A stretch of 63,620 bases of DNA, the filler included, from Reticulomyxa filosa (lineage: Eukaryota; Protista; Foraminifera), in NCBI GenBank assembly GCA_000512085.1. It is 15 parts of 15 records of this genome, joined end to end, with 100 filler letters (N's around TTAATTAATTAA, not from the genome) between each part and the next. Parts side by side here need not be neighbours in the genome. Positions count along the whole stretch, not along the records: positions 37,090 to 41,049 come from ASPP01003190.1; positions 41,150 to 47,666 come from ASPP01048181.1; positions 47,767 to 49,377 come from ASPP01029170.1; positions 49,478 to 53,133 come from ASPP01046824.1; 11 more parts are not named here. One strand, written 5' to 3'. Position 1 is the first letter of the stretch. Every line of letters starts with the position of its first letter. The notes under the pieces were generated by a model, which saw only the letters and a program-made list of their open reading frames with translations, did no database searches and was not told the DNA's origin. Below, in pieces: positions 38,331 through 50,675 of the stretch. A program made the position numbers and the translations under genes.

Positions 38331-40852
38331 TTATTGATTTCCGTTATTGTTATTGCTGTAGTATGGATTTGTTGGTTGTCCATAATAAGAAGCATATCCA
38401 TAAGGTTGAGCATTTGGTTGAGGTGGATAGCCATAGGGGTATTGTCCATATTGTGGAGGAGGTTGTCCTCCATAAACTGGGGGGCCTATTTGTAAAAATC
38501 AATATTCAAAAAGATCATTTACTTTGATGTGTTGCTGTTTTAGGAAACCATAACACACACAAAAGAAAAAGACATTAACCTGAATAGTACTGTGGTTGCT
38601 GCCATTGTTGTTGACCACTCCATTGCTGAGGGGGTGCATAGCTTGGGTTAAATGGTGGTGCAGTCGCATTGTAGGAAGGCGCACTTGGGTTGACTGAAGA
38701 TTGTGATTGAAGTTGATTGAAGTTGAGATGATTGAGGTTGAGATAATTGAGACTGAGATGATTGAGATTGTTGTGATTGTGATTGTGGTTGCGATTGGGG
38801 CTGATATTTGGGTTGGGATTGCAGCTCAGAAGAAGAAGAATTGGAAGAGGCCAAATTACCATACGCGTCAATTCCTAGCTTGGCCACATTTGTATTCAAT
38901 TCTGCTAAATTGATATCTCTTTCACTTTCACGAGCCAAGACGTAATCATTTACTGTCTGTATAGCAGTGTCATTCATATACATACATAATGTATATGTGT
39001 ATATAACATAAGAGATTATTAAAAACAAATAAATGAATGAACTGTTTGTAAAACGGTGATATAATCTTGCATCAAATCAGAATAAAACTTTAATCCATCT
39101 TTCAATGCCGATTTAATCTTGTTATATTTCTCGCATGATTGGTTGAGCCCATGAATAAAGTTTTCGCGATTAATTTGAGATGGATCCGATCCTTTGGATT
39201 TCACAAATTCCTCGTTGGCTTTGGTAATGGCTCCAAGAAGTTTTCTTGAGTCTTGAATGTGTCTTTGATTTTGTCCTCAATTTCTTTAAAAAGCAGAAGC
39301 GGTTTTTGCCTTTATATCTGATTCAGAGCTCTTTTCATCCGTATTTGCAACCATTAACAAGTTGGATGCATCCATATTTTCCGCTTGATTGGCATATTCT
39401 TGTTTAAACTCATCGCGTTGGGCAATGCATGCGCTCAATTCATCCAAAAGTCCTTTCAATTTATCTACGCTCACATTTTCTTTTTGTTCGTCACTTGGTT
39501 TGGGCAACTCTTTGCTCAAAACCTCGCGGGTTTTTTCTAAGTCGCGGAACGACTCTGTGCCTTCCTCGATTTGCTTTTCCAGCTTGGAATTGCTGTTGGC
39601 AGCGTCTGTCAAAAACTCGGTTATTTTTTTCAAATCTTCGCGATATTTGGTATTTAGCAGAGAAGACGGAGCCACTCCCCAATTCGGTCCAATTTTTTGT
39701 TTGATTTCATTGAATATCCGTTCTTCGCGTTCAAGTTTTTCGCCTATGTCTTCTTGGACCTTCCACGCCTCGGCGTTGGCCGCCTCAACGCGACTGTACA
39801 ATGACTTTTTATTTCATTTCGCGTATTTGCATACTTGTTTCCGAGTGAATCAAAATTGTTTTATTTTTGTGGAAGAATAACATATAAGAAATAAAAATAA
39901 TAATAACTTTCAATTCCTGCACACCCCCGTTGTTTTGTATTTCGGCGATTCTGTTCCACACGGAATCTGGCAATCCGCTCTCTACCTGGATGGATTCCAA
40001 AGAGGCAGGCAGCCCAAGAGACGCTAACACTGCCTTTGCACTGTCGGTCTGCTCGTTTGCCGCGTCAGCGACGCGCTTGGCCTCTGCGCGCAAATGCTCG
40101 CGCATTTCATCGGCTTTCTTTTGCGCTTCTTTGCTCACCAAGTTTTTAAAAGGATCCGTCCATGACGTCGGCAACACGAAAGGGTTCGGTTTCACATTTT
40201 GAGTTTGTTCCGGAGGGGTCAACGTTTTCGTGTCTGGTATCACCTGTATATGATAATTGCATTTCGAACGAGTGTCATACATACATGTATGTAAGTATGT
40301 ATACATTAGTAATAAATAAAACAGATAATGTATACGTATGTATATAATATGCAATTGAAGATGTATGTGTGTAGGGGGTACTTATATATGGTTACGGTGT
40401 CCATTTGATTGGTCTTATCCTTTTTTTTTTTTTTGTTAATGCTCAACTTCAAAATAAATGACTTGATTTTCTTTGGCGGCTTGTTCTAATTTTGGTTGAA
40501 CAAGAGTTTCGGCCAAATGTTTTCTTGCTTCTTCGAGGACAGGGGAGACCTTCTTCGACATCTGCGCTGCTGCAGCAAGATACTTGGAAGCAATGGTAAG
40601 TCGCGCGACTTCCTCGCCATAGCAGCCCGACGCCTTGGACTTGATGACCATCTGTGACTGCCAGTACTCAGCGGCCGCCTTGAAGCACTTCACTTGGAAC
40701 GTCGCGAGATCCTCCACATTGAATATGCTTTTGCTTAGCCAGCCTTTCAGTTCATCTTTCCCGCTTACAAGTTGTTGCGTCCTCTCATACAATGTTGCTG
40801 TACCCATGGCCAGTTTCGCAAGCAGTCCAGGAGAAGCCTTTTTTTTAGAAGC
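38331..40852 (-). CDS. ALIX/Bro1 family ESCRT accessory protein (C-terminal Bro1 domain, V domain, Pro/Tyr-rich tail); 5' truncated
   Basis: YGEEVARL...AAKENQVIYFE (Bro1 end); LASLGLPASLE...GLPDSVW; LKDGLKFYSDL...AR; NPSAP motif; PPPQYGQYPYGYPPQP tail. Confidence 0.9.
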
Positions 40853-41149
40853 CTAAAAAAAGGGCACAACAAATAAAAAGTTCATTTTTTTAATGCAGCT
40901 ATTTTTTCATTGTTTAAAAAACAACAATGGAAAAAAACCCCCCTTGCGAACGACGGATATGTATTTTGTATAGTGTTTCACACGTTCAAGTTTTTTTTTT
41001 TCCCCCTTTTTCTTTTTTCTTTTTTTTCAACCACAAAAAAAAAAGGCCTNNNNNNNNNNNNNNNNNNNNNNNNNNNNNNNNNNNNNNNNNNNNTTAATTA
41101 ATTAANNNNNNNNNNNNNNNNNNNNNNNNNNNNNNNNNNNNNNNNNNNN

Positions 41150-41620
41150 AAAAAAAAAAAAAAGTGAGTCGAGTCACACTTTTGCTTTGTTTCTTAGCTG
41201 TGTCAATTGGTGGAATGCCGTTCTCTCTTCTTGCAACTTTATGTTTTCTCTAGTGCAACTCTTTATTTCTATCTTGCAACTTCTTGCATTCCTCTTGCAA
41301 GCTGTCGTTTGTAATGTGTGTGTGTGTGCACAATATTATTACCACAACATCGACGAGATAATGGATGAAAATATAAAAAATAAAATTATCAGACGTTTTA
41401 GTCTTTTGCTCGAGTTCTTTAGTGCTGTTCATCGACACAAAAATTCAGAGTCAATTCATTGTGTGTGTTTCAATCACATTTTATTATTATTATTACTATT
41501 TATAAATTTAACTCAGCTTAATTCAATGCAACACAAATGACAAAAAAAAAACACACACACACACCTGTTTAGTTTGTTCCAATTCGGATTTTTCTTCACA
41601 CATTTCAATTATTTTTATTT
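41150..41620 (-). CDS. Coiled-coil gene fragment
   Basis: Short heptad-rich exon-like segments (e.g. SLQEECKKLQDRNKEL); stops present. Confidence 0.3.
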
Positions 41621-43670
41621 GTTTGTTTATTTTGTTGAATATATCCAAGCTAAGTCAGTGGGGATACATAGCACGTAGCATATACAAACATGCTCTTTGC
41701 ACTCACTCCTTTTTTTTAAAAATACATATATATATATGTATATACATATGTATATCAATGTAATAAACTTGAAATTATTTTCCTTACAAAAGAGAGTCCC
41801 AATTCATACCTAACCGAATCTGTTGTATGCTTTTTTTTTTTTTATGTTTAAAAGCTGTGACTATGTTTTTATGTATGAATGTTTGTGCAAACTTTTTTTT
41901 AATTGATGGAGGGAATAAAATAAAAAACAAAGTCACTGATGAATTGTTATTTACCTCCAGATCGTCGTCTATTCCTTTTTTTCTCTTTCTCTTGATTAAC
42001 CAATGTAATCGGTCCGCACAATATATAAGGCAAATACAATATTTGCATAGCTCCACCGCCGTCTTGCTGCTGAGTCCCACTCCTTTAAGAAACTGGAAAC
42101 TGCAACATACCCAAGAACAGATGCCATCCAAGAAAGACAAATGTAGCATATGTCTCTATATGGGCTTGACAGCTTTGAAAATATCCTTATGTTATTACAA
42201 TTCCAAAAAAACCTATTTTTCCTTTGTCTCAACATCTTTCGCTCACTTCTTTTGGACCCTTGTCCAATTTTGTTTGACTGTATCTCCTCAATTTAAATTT
42301 TGTAGTAGCTGAAATTATATAAAAAATATTGTCGTAGTGAAACAAGGAAAAGCAAGTATGTAAATTTGCAATTTTATGTGTGGATTTTTAGAATTGAAAA
42401 AGTGTGCTATCATCTTTTCAAATACTTCACAACTCCCACTGATTCATAAATAACTTTATTTTTAACAATGGTGTTTGTTCTTTTTTTTTTTTTGAGGAAA
42501 AAGCCAAGTCTTTTTGAAAAAAAACTAATTACCCCCATAATTCCCAATAGACAAGATGACAATCAAGACAAAAGTGCTATATCAAAGCAAAACTAAAACA
42601 TTAGCACAAGAATCACGAGGACCTTGGAAACGTTGTCGTCAACAAAAGATGAAGCAAAGGACAAAATCTCGAGTTGTCGAGGTGTCTCTGGTCCAAAGAC
42701 CAGAATTTAACATTGGCCAAAGAAAGCATCAGTTGATGAGTTCTCACGCATGGTGCATTTAGCATTAATGGAGATTTCTAGTGAAGCTTCAGAAGCTGCA
42801 AATGCTACAGCAAGGCGTTGCTTAAACAAAATATTTGGAAAAGATAGTTTCCATCGTCGTATCCGCACTTGTCCTTAACACGCCCTAAGAATAAATAAAA
42901 TGTTGCCATGTGCCAGAATATACAGGTAAGGCAATGATAATTAAAAAAACAAACAATGTGCGCAATTACGTATAAGTGATTTTTGAGAATTTTTTTTTTG
43001 GTATCTCGGTTCTTTTTTTTTTTCACACCCCGTTATGTCCCCTTTCAAAAAAAAAAGTTTGTTGTGAAATCCAGATTGCAAACCGGAATGACCTACCCTT
43101 TCGGTAGATCAATGAACCGAATAAATATTGGCCATGTTTTATTTTGTTGATAAGCCTCCGTTATAGGCATTTTGTTTCTAAGCAACAGAAGATATTGCTT
43201 GGAAATTACTAAAACTTGTCCGGCCGCATAAATTTTTTGAGAGGCAGTGATCTGCCTTTTAGTGGTCTCAACGCAAAGGGGACCAACAACGTGAGGTTGA
43301 GAACCACCAAGGACGTGTTGCAAATATCCGTCCACTATTTTGTCCTTCGCACAATTTGTTGTTGCGTTTTGATTTAAAGGCACAGGCAACGTGCATCGGA
43401 CTATTTTTTTTATGAATTAACTTTTTTTTTAATGATTTAATGAATTTTTTTTGATGAATAAAATGTGCGAAAATTCTGCGCAAATATCTCTTCAGCATTA
43501 CCAATTAATTGTTCAAGCTATTTTCGAAAAGCAATCTCACAAACAATCAAAAGTTTTTGACAATGTTTGTGGTCTAACTTCCATTTATTTTCGAACCTTT
43601 ACAAGTAAAAAAAAACAACAGACATACAAAAATTTAACAGCTAATTTGCCATTTCTATAAATCGATGATG

Positions 43671-43730
43671 CAATCCAATCTTGTCATTACGTCACTACAC
43701 TTCACAGCCAATTAGCGTCACACGTCCAAC
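43671..43730 (+). promoter_or_regulatory. Putative Pol II promoter elements upstream of the array
   Basis: CCAAT 43675-43679, TTACGTCA 43687-43694, GCCAAT 43707-43712 and TAGCGTCA 43713-43720 clustered within 50 bp. Confidence 0.35.
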
Positions 43731-44200
43731 ACACACGTTTCTTGTCGTATACCCCGTCTAAAACTATTTCAACTTCTCATGCAACACACTCCGCAAGTCC
43801 ACACAGTCGTTCCTGAAAACATGTGCATATCGCACAACATTAATTTAAGGGCTCGATGCCCATGTTACAGCATCCCAATTTATCGTCAACATCATCATCC
43901 AACTCCGTCCCACTCATCCAACTCCATATCAATCACACTCCATCCCATGCAATCACAACACACACCTAACTCCACAGTCCCACACACCACACACATACAC
44001 ATACACAATAATACCCCCAACTCCCCATACACACACTCCACATAATTCAAAAGCAATCGGCACTGACACCAACGTCAGGCCGACGCTTACAACAAACATG
44101 GGATGGTGCAATGTAGTACAATCACTACATTCTGTTGTTGCGCAAGCAACACCATCCCCTAACAAAGGGCTCACAGTAATTGCCCCCCCTCCAACAAAAA

Positions 44201-46540
44201 GTTTAGTATTTGTATGTGTGTATATATAACAAAACTTTAAATTTTTTTTTTTATATAGGTGCTAGATGACACTCCGGCACAAAAAACGGGCACAAAGCCC
44301 GAAACAACAAATTCGGGGTTATTATTATATAACACCGATGCTAAAGCGGCTCAAAACCGCAACTCCGGGCTTAAAACCCGTCAAACAAAAAAAAAAAAAG
44401 TTTTGTTGTTGTGTATTTGTTTTTTTTATGTTATAATAATATTATTATTATCATTTATAGGTCCGCGGAGCACAGAGCCACTTATCAAGCGGCCAATCAC
44501 GAGTTCAAAACCCGCATCAATAAAAATAAAAAAAAGTTTTGATTATTTGTTTTATTTCTTGACCATTATTACTCATATGATTGTTTACAGGCATCCTGTG
44601 AACAAGCCAGCTCCTCATGCTCAAACGGGTCTCCACCCTGTTCCCAACAAAAATAAAAAAAGTATCGCTATATTTTATGCCATTTAAATAAATATTATAA
44701 ATTATTACTACATACATAGATCAATTCAACTGAGACCCCGCAACACCCGACAACGGGTTTACAGCCCGTCAACAAAAAATTTGATTGTATGTTCCATTTA
44801 TTTGTAATACTATAATATTATTATCATGCGATGATTGTTTATGAAAAAACTGTACGCATGCACCACAAACGCTCCAACGCGGCTCCGACATGCCAACAAC
44901 AACAAAAAAAGTTTTGTTGTGTTTTTGTTTATATATATATATATAATAATAATGATATAATTGTTTATAGAGCAGCGCAATCAACAACGGGCTCATAACC
45001 CGCATCAATAAAAAAAAGTTTCGCTTATTTGATTGATTTAAAATTATTATTGTTATCATATTGTGATTGTCATTATATTATGATTGTTTATAGTACTACG
45101 ATGCCACATCCACCCAACGTGCGCTCAAACGGGTCTCAAACCCGTCTCCAAGAAAATATAAAAAAGTTTTGACTATTTTTTATTATTTCTATTATTTCTA
45201 TTATTATTAGGGGTTATTATGTGTATAGATCAAATGCATCCGAGACCACCCCATTCAATGCCAGACTACGGGTTTAAAACCCGTCCAACAAAAAAGTTTT
45301 GATGTTGCGTTTTTGTTTTTTATATTATAATAGTAATATTATTTTTATTTATATAGTCGCGGTGCCAGACTAATCCCGCGAGCGCAACCACCGGATCACA
45401 CCTGTATCCAAGAAAAATAAAAAAAGTTTTGATTTATTTTTTTTATTTTTATCAACATTAAATGAGATCATTGTGCACACAGTGCCCCTGCATCAGAGAC
45501 AGCAATCCAACGCACAATAATGGGTTTACAACCCGATTAGCAAAAAAAGTTCTGTTTTTACTTTTTTATATAATAATAATAATATTGTAATCTTTTATAT
45601 TACAGCGGCGCCCGAATCAATCAATCGCGCGACCTGGGTTGACAACCCGTACAAATAAAAAAAAAGAAAAGTTGGTTTATTTGTTTTATTTATTTATTAT
45701 TATTAATCATATGATTATTTACAGGGCTCCGGTGCAATGTCCACATGATGCGCGCTCAAAGGATCTCCAACAAGTCCCCAACAAAAATGAAAAAAGTATA
45801 TATTTATTTTATGTTATTTTTATCATTATTAAAGTTCATTATTGTACTAACAGGCCCTATCTCAGACATCCATTCAACACCACCCAACAAAAAAATGGTT
45901 AATTGTACACTTTATTTATTTATTATAACTATAATGTTATTACAACAAGATGATTGTTTACAGGGCTACAATGCACAGGCAATATCAGTGCCCTCCAACG
46001 GGTGTCCAACAAAAGAAAGTTTTGGTTTCTTTTTTATAATATATACCAATATAAAAAGTAACTATTGCACATAGTGCCATTGCCTCCGACAGCTATCCAA
46101 CACGCGACAATGGGCACCAGCCAGTGCAAATAAAAAAAATAAAAGTTTGGTTTCGATTTGCTTTCTTTTTAGTTATATACATATTATTGTTATTATTCAA
46201 AGGTCAACGTGCCCCTAGTCCGGCCGCAGTGCCAATGGCTCCAACACCAGCATGCCAAGCGGGTTTGTAGCCCGTATGCAAAGAAAAATAAATAAGTTTT
46301 GATTTGTTTTGTTTTTTTCTATATTATAATAAAAGGTTGAACTGTCTTATAGGTCTCCGGCCTCAAAACATCATCCAGCACGTGTCAACGGGTTCCCAAC
46401 ATGTATCAATAAAAATTAAAAAAGTTATGATGTGTTATGTTTTATTTTTAATTACAATAATGTTCTTATTGTTTTTATAGGATCAAAGCAACCAGAACAC
46501 ACTCGAGTGCGTCCTGTGTCAAATAATAATAGAAAAGTTT
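44201..46540 (+). repeat. Diverged tandem array of ~19 units (~126 bp): variable segment + CGGG-N7-CCCG inverted repeat + A-tract + GT...AG intron-like segment
   Basis: Intron-like segments e.g. 44400-44460, 44536-44590, 44662-44719, 44911-44970, 45166-45228, 45296-45356, 45549-45605, 45671-45724. Motif examples: ACGGGTTTAAAACCCGT 45268-45284, ACGGGCACAAAGCCCGA 44286-44302. Confidence 0.9.
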
Positions 46541-46578
46541 TTGTGTTGTTTTTTTAAATATTATTATAACGTGTTCAT

Positions 46579-46701
46579 TCTTTTGTCCTTTTTCTTTGGT
46601 TTTGATTGTTTGTTTTTTATCATTATTTTTTCATTATTTTAACAAATTTTGTTTTGTTGAAAGTAGATCTAATAAATTTCGTATTACATTTTGCAAAGTT
46701 C
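46579..46701 (+). repeat. Dispersed repeat shared with 937-1065, immediately 3' of the array
   Basis: Same collinear blocks as at 937-1065. Confidence 0.8.
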
Positions 46702-47766
46702 ACTTTAGCAGCAGACATTCCACATGAAGATTTTAAGATGAAAGGAAATGTTTTTTTACTTTTGTAGTGTCCATTTCATTATTTCATAGATGTTTGACAC
46801 ATTTAAAAAACTTCAAGTTAGCCAAATAAAAACACTTACCAAGAGTCACAGAAGCCTATTAATTTCAATTACTTCTCAATGACAAAAAAAGTTTTCTTTT
46901 ATTATAAATTCATTTTTGATTGCAGTGATATAAGAAAATAAATCAAAAAAACATCACCAAAAGCACTTTAAAAATTAAAGATGCAATAGTTTATGTATTT
47001 ATTGGTGCTTGTGGAGGTAAACCTTGATCATGTTGTTGGTTGGGGGCAGCAGCATTTGTTGCCATCGTTTTCAAGCCGATACTAAGGTTGTGGTCTGTGT
47101 GGTTGGGGAACACCAGATCTATTGTCAAAAAAATTCAATTTTTTTTTTAAATAAAACTAAAGCAAAACAAGACAATGATAACACCAACATAATACCAGGC
47201 AGTGAGAAAGGAATATTCAGGTTGGATAACTTTTTGTTGTTTTGTTTCTTTCTTTTCTTTTTTTCTTATTGGGCATCTAGTAAATAATTCATCCGTTGCT
47301 CGTTCATAATCATTTTTTCCTTTATAATGATCTGCTGTCAAGGCACTGTTGGTCACCATTTTTTCATCATATTCTTTCTTCTCCCAATTTTTGGTTTTGT
47401 TTCATGTATTCTTCGTACGACACATTACGTTTTTTTTTTCTGTTGTCGATAAATCACCATAGTTTTGTGGTCTAATTCTTCTTTTTTTTGGTGCCTTGGT
47501 GTTGTCTCCTTGTGGGACTGCTGTTTCTTCTTCGGCGTGCTTTTCCCACTGCATCCCGTATTTGTTCAGAAGCGTCTCCCTCAGTTGTGTGCTCCGCTAC
47601 CACGCTTTGAGTTGTCATTGATTGCTTGACCTGTTCCGCTGTGGCCATCGAATTCTCGTTTTTTTTNNNNNNNNNNNNNNNNNNNNNNNNNNNNNNNNNN
47701 NNNNNNNNNNTTAATTAATTAANNNNNNNNNNNNNNNNNNNNNNNNNNNNNNNNNNNNNNNNNNNN

Positions 47767-48030
47767 TGAAAAAGAAAATGAAAAAACTCCGAAATGCTCT
47801 ATCTACAATTTCGGATACGTAGAAGAGCAGAAACAGAGAAGAAAGAAGAAATAACAAATCCAGAACAAAGTTGTTCTGTTTAAGAATGTGTCCATTCGAG
47901 AATCGGAACAAGAAATAAAAAACTCTTGAAGAGTTGGGGTTTAACATTGAGAAAGTGGAAAGATTTAAAGATTTACCAATGGTGAAGGTAACCTTTTCAA
48001 ATACCAATGATTCCAAGCAGCCATACAAGA
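47767..48030 (+). mobile_element. Decayed LINE ORF1-like fragment (region upstream of the zinc knuckles)
   Basis: VVLFKNVSIRESEQEIK.../..GFNIEKVERFKDLPMVKVTF resembles the pre-knuckle region of non-LTR ORF1 and the 31550 copy; frameshifted. Confidence 0.5.
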
Positions 48031-49477
48031 AAAAAACATTTGTATTGGTTTTAATGTGGTGGAATGTGAACACCTTGATAAATTTCGAAGTAGACCAAGA
48101 TCAATGCGCCACAACAAATCAAATGCATTTTGGAGGTCTATTCACAATATTATTTGGGGGTTTTCTGTCAGTTTATCATGGACATTATTATTCTGAACGC
48201 TATGAGTTGGTGTGATCCTCCTTGTTCTCATGTAGAGCATGTTCTATGATATGTGTTATTCTGTTTAATATCACTATTTATTAGGTACTTTGGTTGAATC
48301 ATTACCATCGTTGACTGTCCTCCTTGACAACTTCTTAGTTATTATGTATTCTTTAAATCTCCACATATGATTCGCCAGATTTTGTTTCGAAGGTGCAGTA
48401 CGAACATTGGAATCTACCTTCATTGGGTACTATATAACACTTTTGTGCTGGATATATTCTATTTTTCTTGGTTGGTAATTTGCTGTTTATCACAATCAAT
48501 AACATTTTTCTGTTCATTATCGTCTATCATTCTTGATTTCGCTTTCTTTTCCAGTTTCGGGGTCAATAGTCAATACATTGATCTACTTGATTTAATTTTG
48601 TAGTTTTAATTTTTTGGTGTGTAAAAATGTATGAATTATAGCTTGATACACCCTTCATCCAACTCTTGACTTTTTTGAAAAATTCAAAGTTGTTAACCCT
48701 TGTAACAAAACTTGAATGCTATTCTTCATTCGAAGACACAAACAATGAAACGATAATCAAAATTCTAAACGTTTTTATTTTAAAAACATAATGTACAAAT
48801 TTGTTAAAAATCCAAGACTGGACAAAAACTTTTAAAAATTGCCTGATTTATCCGTTTGCGAAAAGTGCAAAGTTTTCACGGGGCAATAGTTATCCTCAAT
48901 TACTCAAATCAAAATTTCAAAAAAAGAAATACAAATGAACCACTTTTTTTTGTCACGTTGATTAAAAAAAAAACTTATTTTACATTTTGCTTTCGCATAC
49001 ACTTGTTTTGATATGATCTCAGTCACCTTATATGTGTAAATTCACTTCGAGTTTAATTATCACTTGCGTCGTCTCCACCGTTATCCCCGCTAACATCATT
49101 AGTCGGTTGCTCGCTCAACAAATTTAAATAGTCTTTTTCTAAAATGCCCAAATTTTCAATAGCATCGACAACTGTCATTCTTCCATGCATTCTCCTACGT
49201 ACTAATGCACAAACGCCCTTGTGAATCATCAAGCATATTTTATGCTATACGTTTGCAAATACTCGGGAATGCCAGTGTTGGTAATCATTACATCGTTTTT
49301 ACTGAAAGCATCGATATCGTCGGATTTCAAAGTTAATGCTGGGACTTCATTCATCCCAATTTGAAATCAGTCTAAAGNNNNNNNNNNNNNNNNNNNNNNN
49401 NNNNNNNNNNNNNNNNNNNNNTTAATTAATTAANNNNNNNNNNNNNNNNNNNNNNNNNNNNNNNNNNNNNNNNNNNN

Positions 49478-49700
49478 TTCTTTGTTTTCTTGATTAGTTT
49501 TAATAAATTCAAGGTAAGCATTAATGGAAAAACGAATAGAAACGATATCATCTTTCGTGATTTTATGTTTCCATTTGCATTCATTTAATATCCATACTCG
49601 AAATTGTTCATTTGACATTGTTTTAAATTTTTGAATTATCTCTGTTTTATCTTTTTGTTCTCTTTCATTCCACCATTTCATCCATTTCTCCTATTTTTTA
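49478..49700 (-). CDS. Fragment of a hypothetical protein
   Basis: KWWNEREQKDKTEIIQKFKTMSNEQFRVWILNECKWK; open frame running into the spacer. Confidence 0.45.
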
Positions 49701-50675
49701 TGTATTTTTTTTGTTTAACATACATAATACAATACAATGCAAAAAATACAAATGAAAATATATTCGTAACGTGCATTGCATTTACTTTTGCAAAAATTAT
49801 ATCATTTTCATTTTGTCCTTTCTTTTTTGTTTCATCTTTGTCCTATTTTAAAAAAATGACACAAATTATATCTATTAATTTATTAATTGAAAATAAAATT
49901 TCATTTTCCATTTACAAAGAAATACTTATCTTTTTTCTTTTTTTTTTTTTCAACCAAAAACAAAACTTGGCAGATTTCACTTCGAAGAAAATCTTCAAAA
50001 TTGCACTTGGCATAAATTTTCTTCAGTCTGTCACTCATCAATTGTTCCCCACAAGCTTCACTACACAAATAAAATAAAATAAAAATTTTTTATTTGTCAC
50101 ATTTCCTTTCTTCTGTGAAGAGTCTTTTTTAAAAAAAAAATTTGGATTGAGGCAAAGATTTTTTTTGTGCGTATATGCGTTTGGAAATAGATTTCAAATA
50201 CCAAATTCCTGCTTCGGCAACATTTATAAAGGTACTATTCGACACAACATTACACGTTGTTGGACAGGAGAGCTAACATATTCCTCTCCTAAAAAAAGCG
50301 TCAGAAAGAAGTTACGAACCAATTTGGACACGTAGGCAGGCTCGGTTTTGCAGTTTCGCAAAGTTCACAGGAATCATGCTGTGCCGAATTCTCGCACGAA
50401 CAGAAAGGGCATTCCCAGCCTGCTTCAGATGTCATTTCGTTACGAAAGCTTGCAAAAAAATTAATTTGACGGGGCTACACGACGTTGCAAAAGACTCCGT
50501 AAAAAAATTTTGTTTTACTTTATGTTAGAGACACAACAAAGAAAAAACAGATCAAAATTTTATTACAACAGTTAAAATAACTTTATTGACGTTACCAGGA
50601 CTTGTTTGGTTTCAGTTTTTATCTTAAAAAAAAGACCCCCGCAAGCATCAAAACCTGATATTAAAAAAAAAAAGG

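Noticed and set aside
43779-44045. His/Thr/Pro-rich 88-aa ORF
   Set aside because: Explained by the CA-rich, stop-poor composition; no domain evidence.
44201-46540. Calling the array a CRISPR
   Set aside because: Eukaryotic context, no cas genes, degenerate repeats, and variable parts related to each other by block duplication.
48340-48420. FQCSYCTFETKS zinc-finger-like fragment (minus strand)
   Set aside because: Flanked by stops with no His ligands; too little to call.
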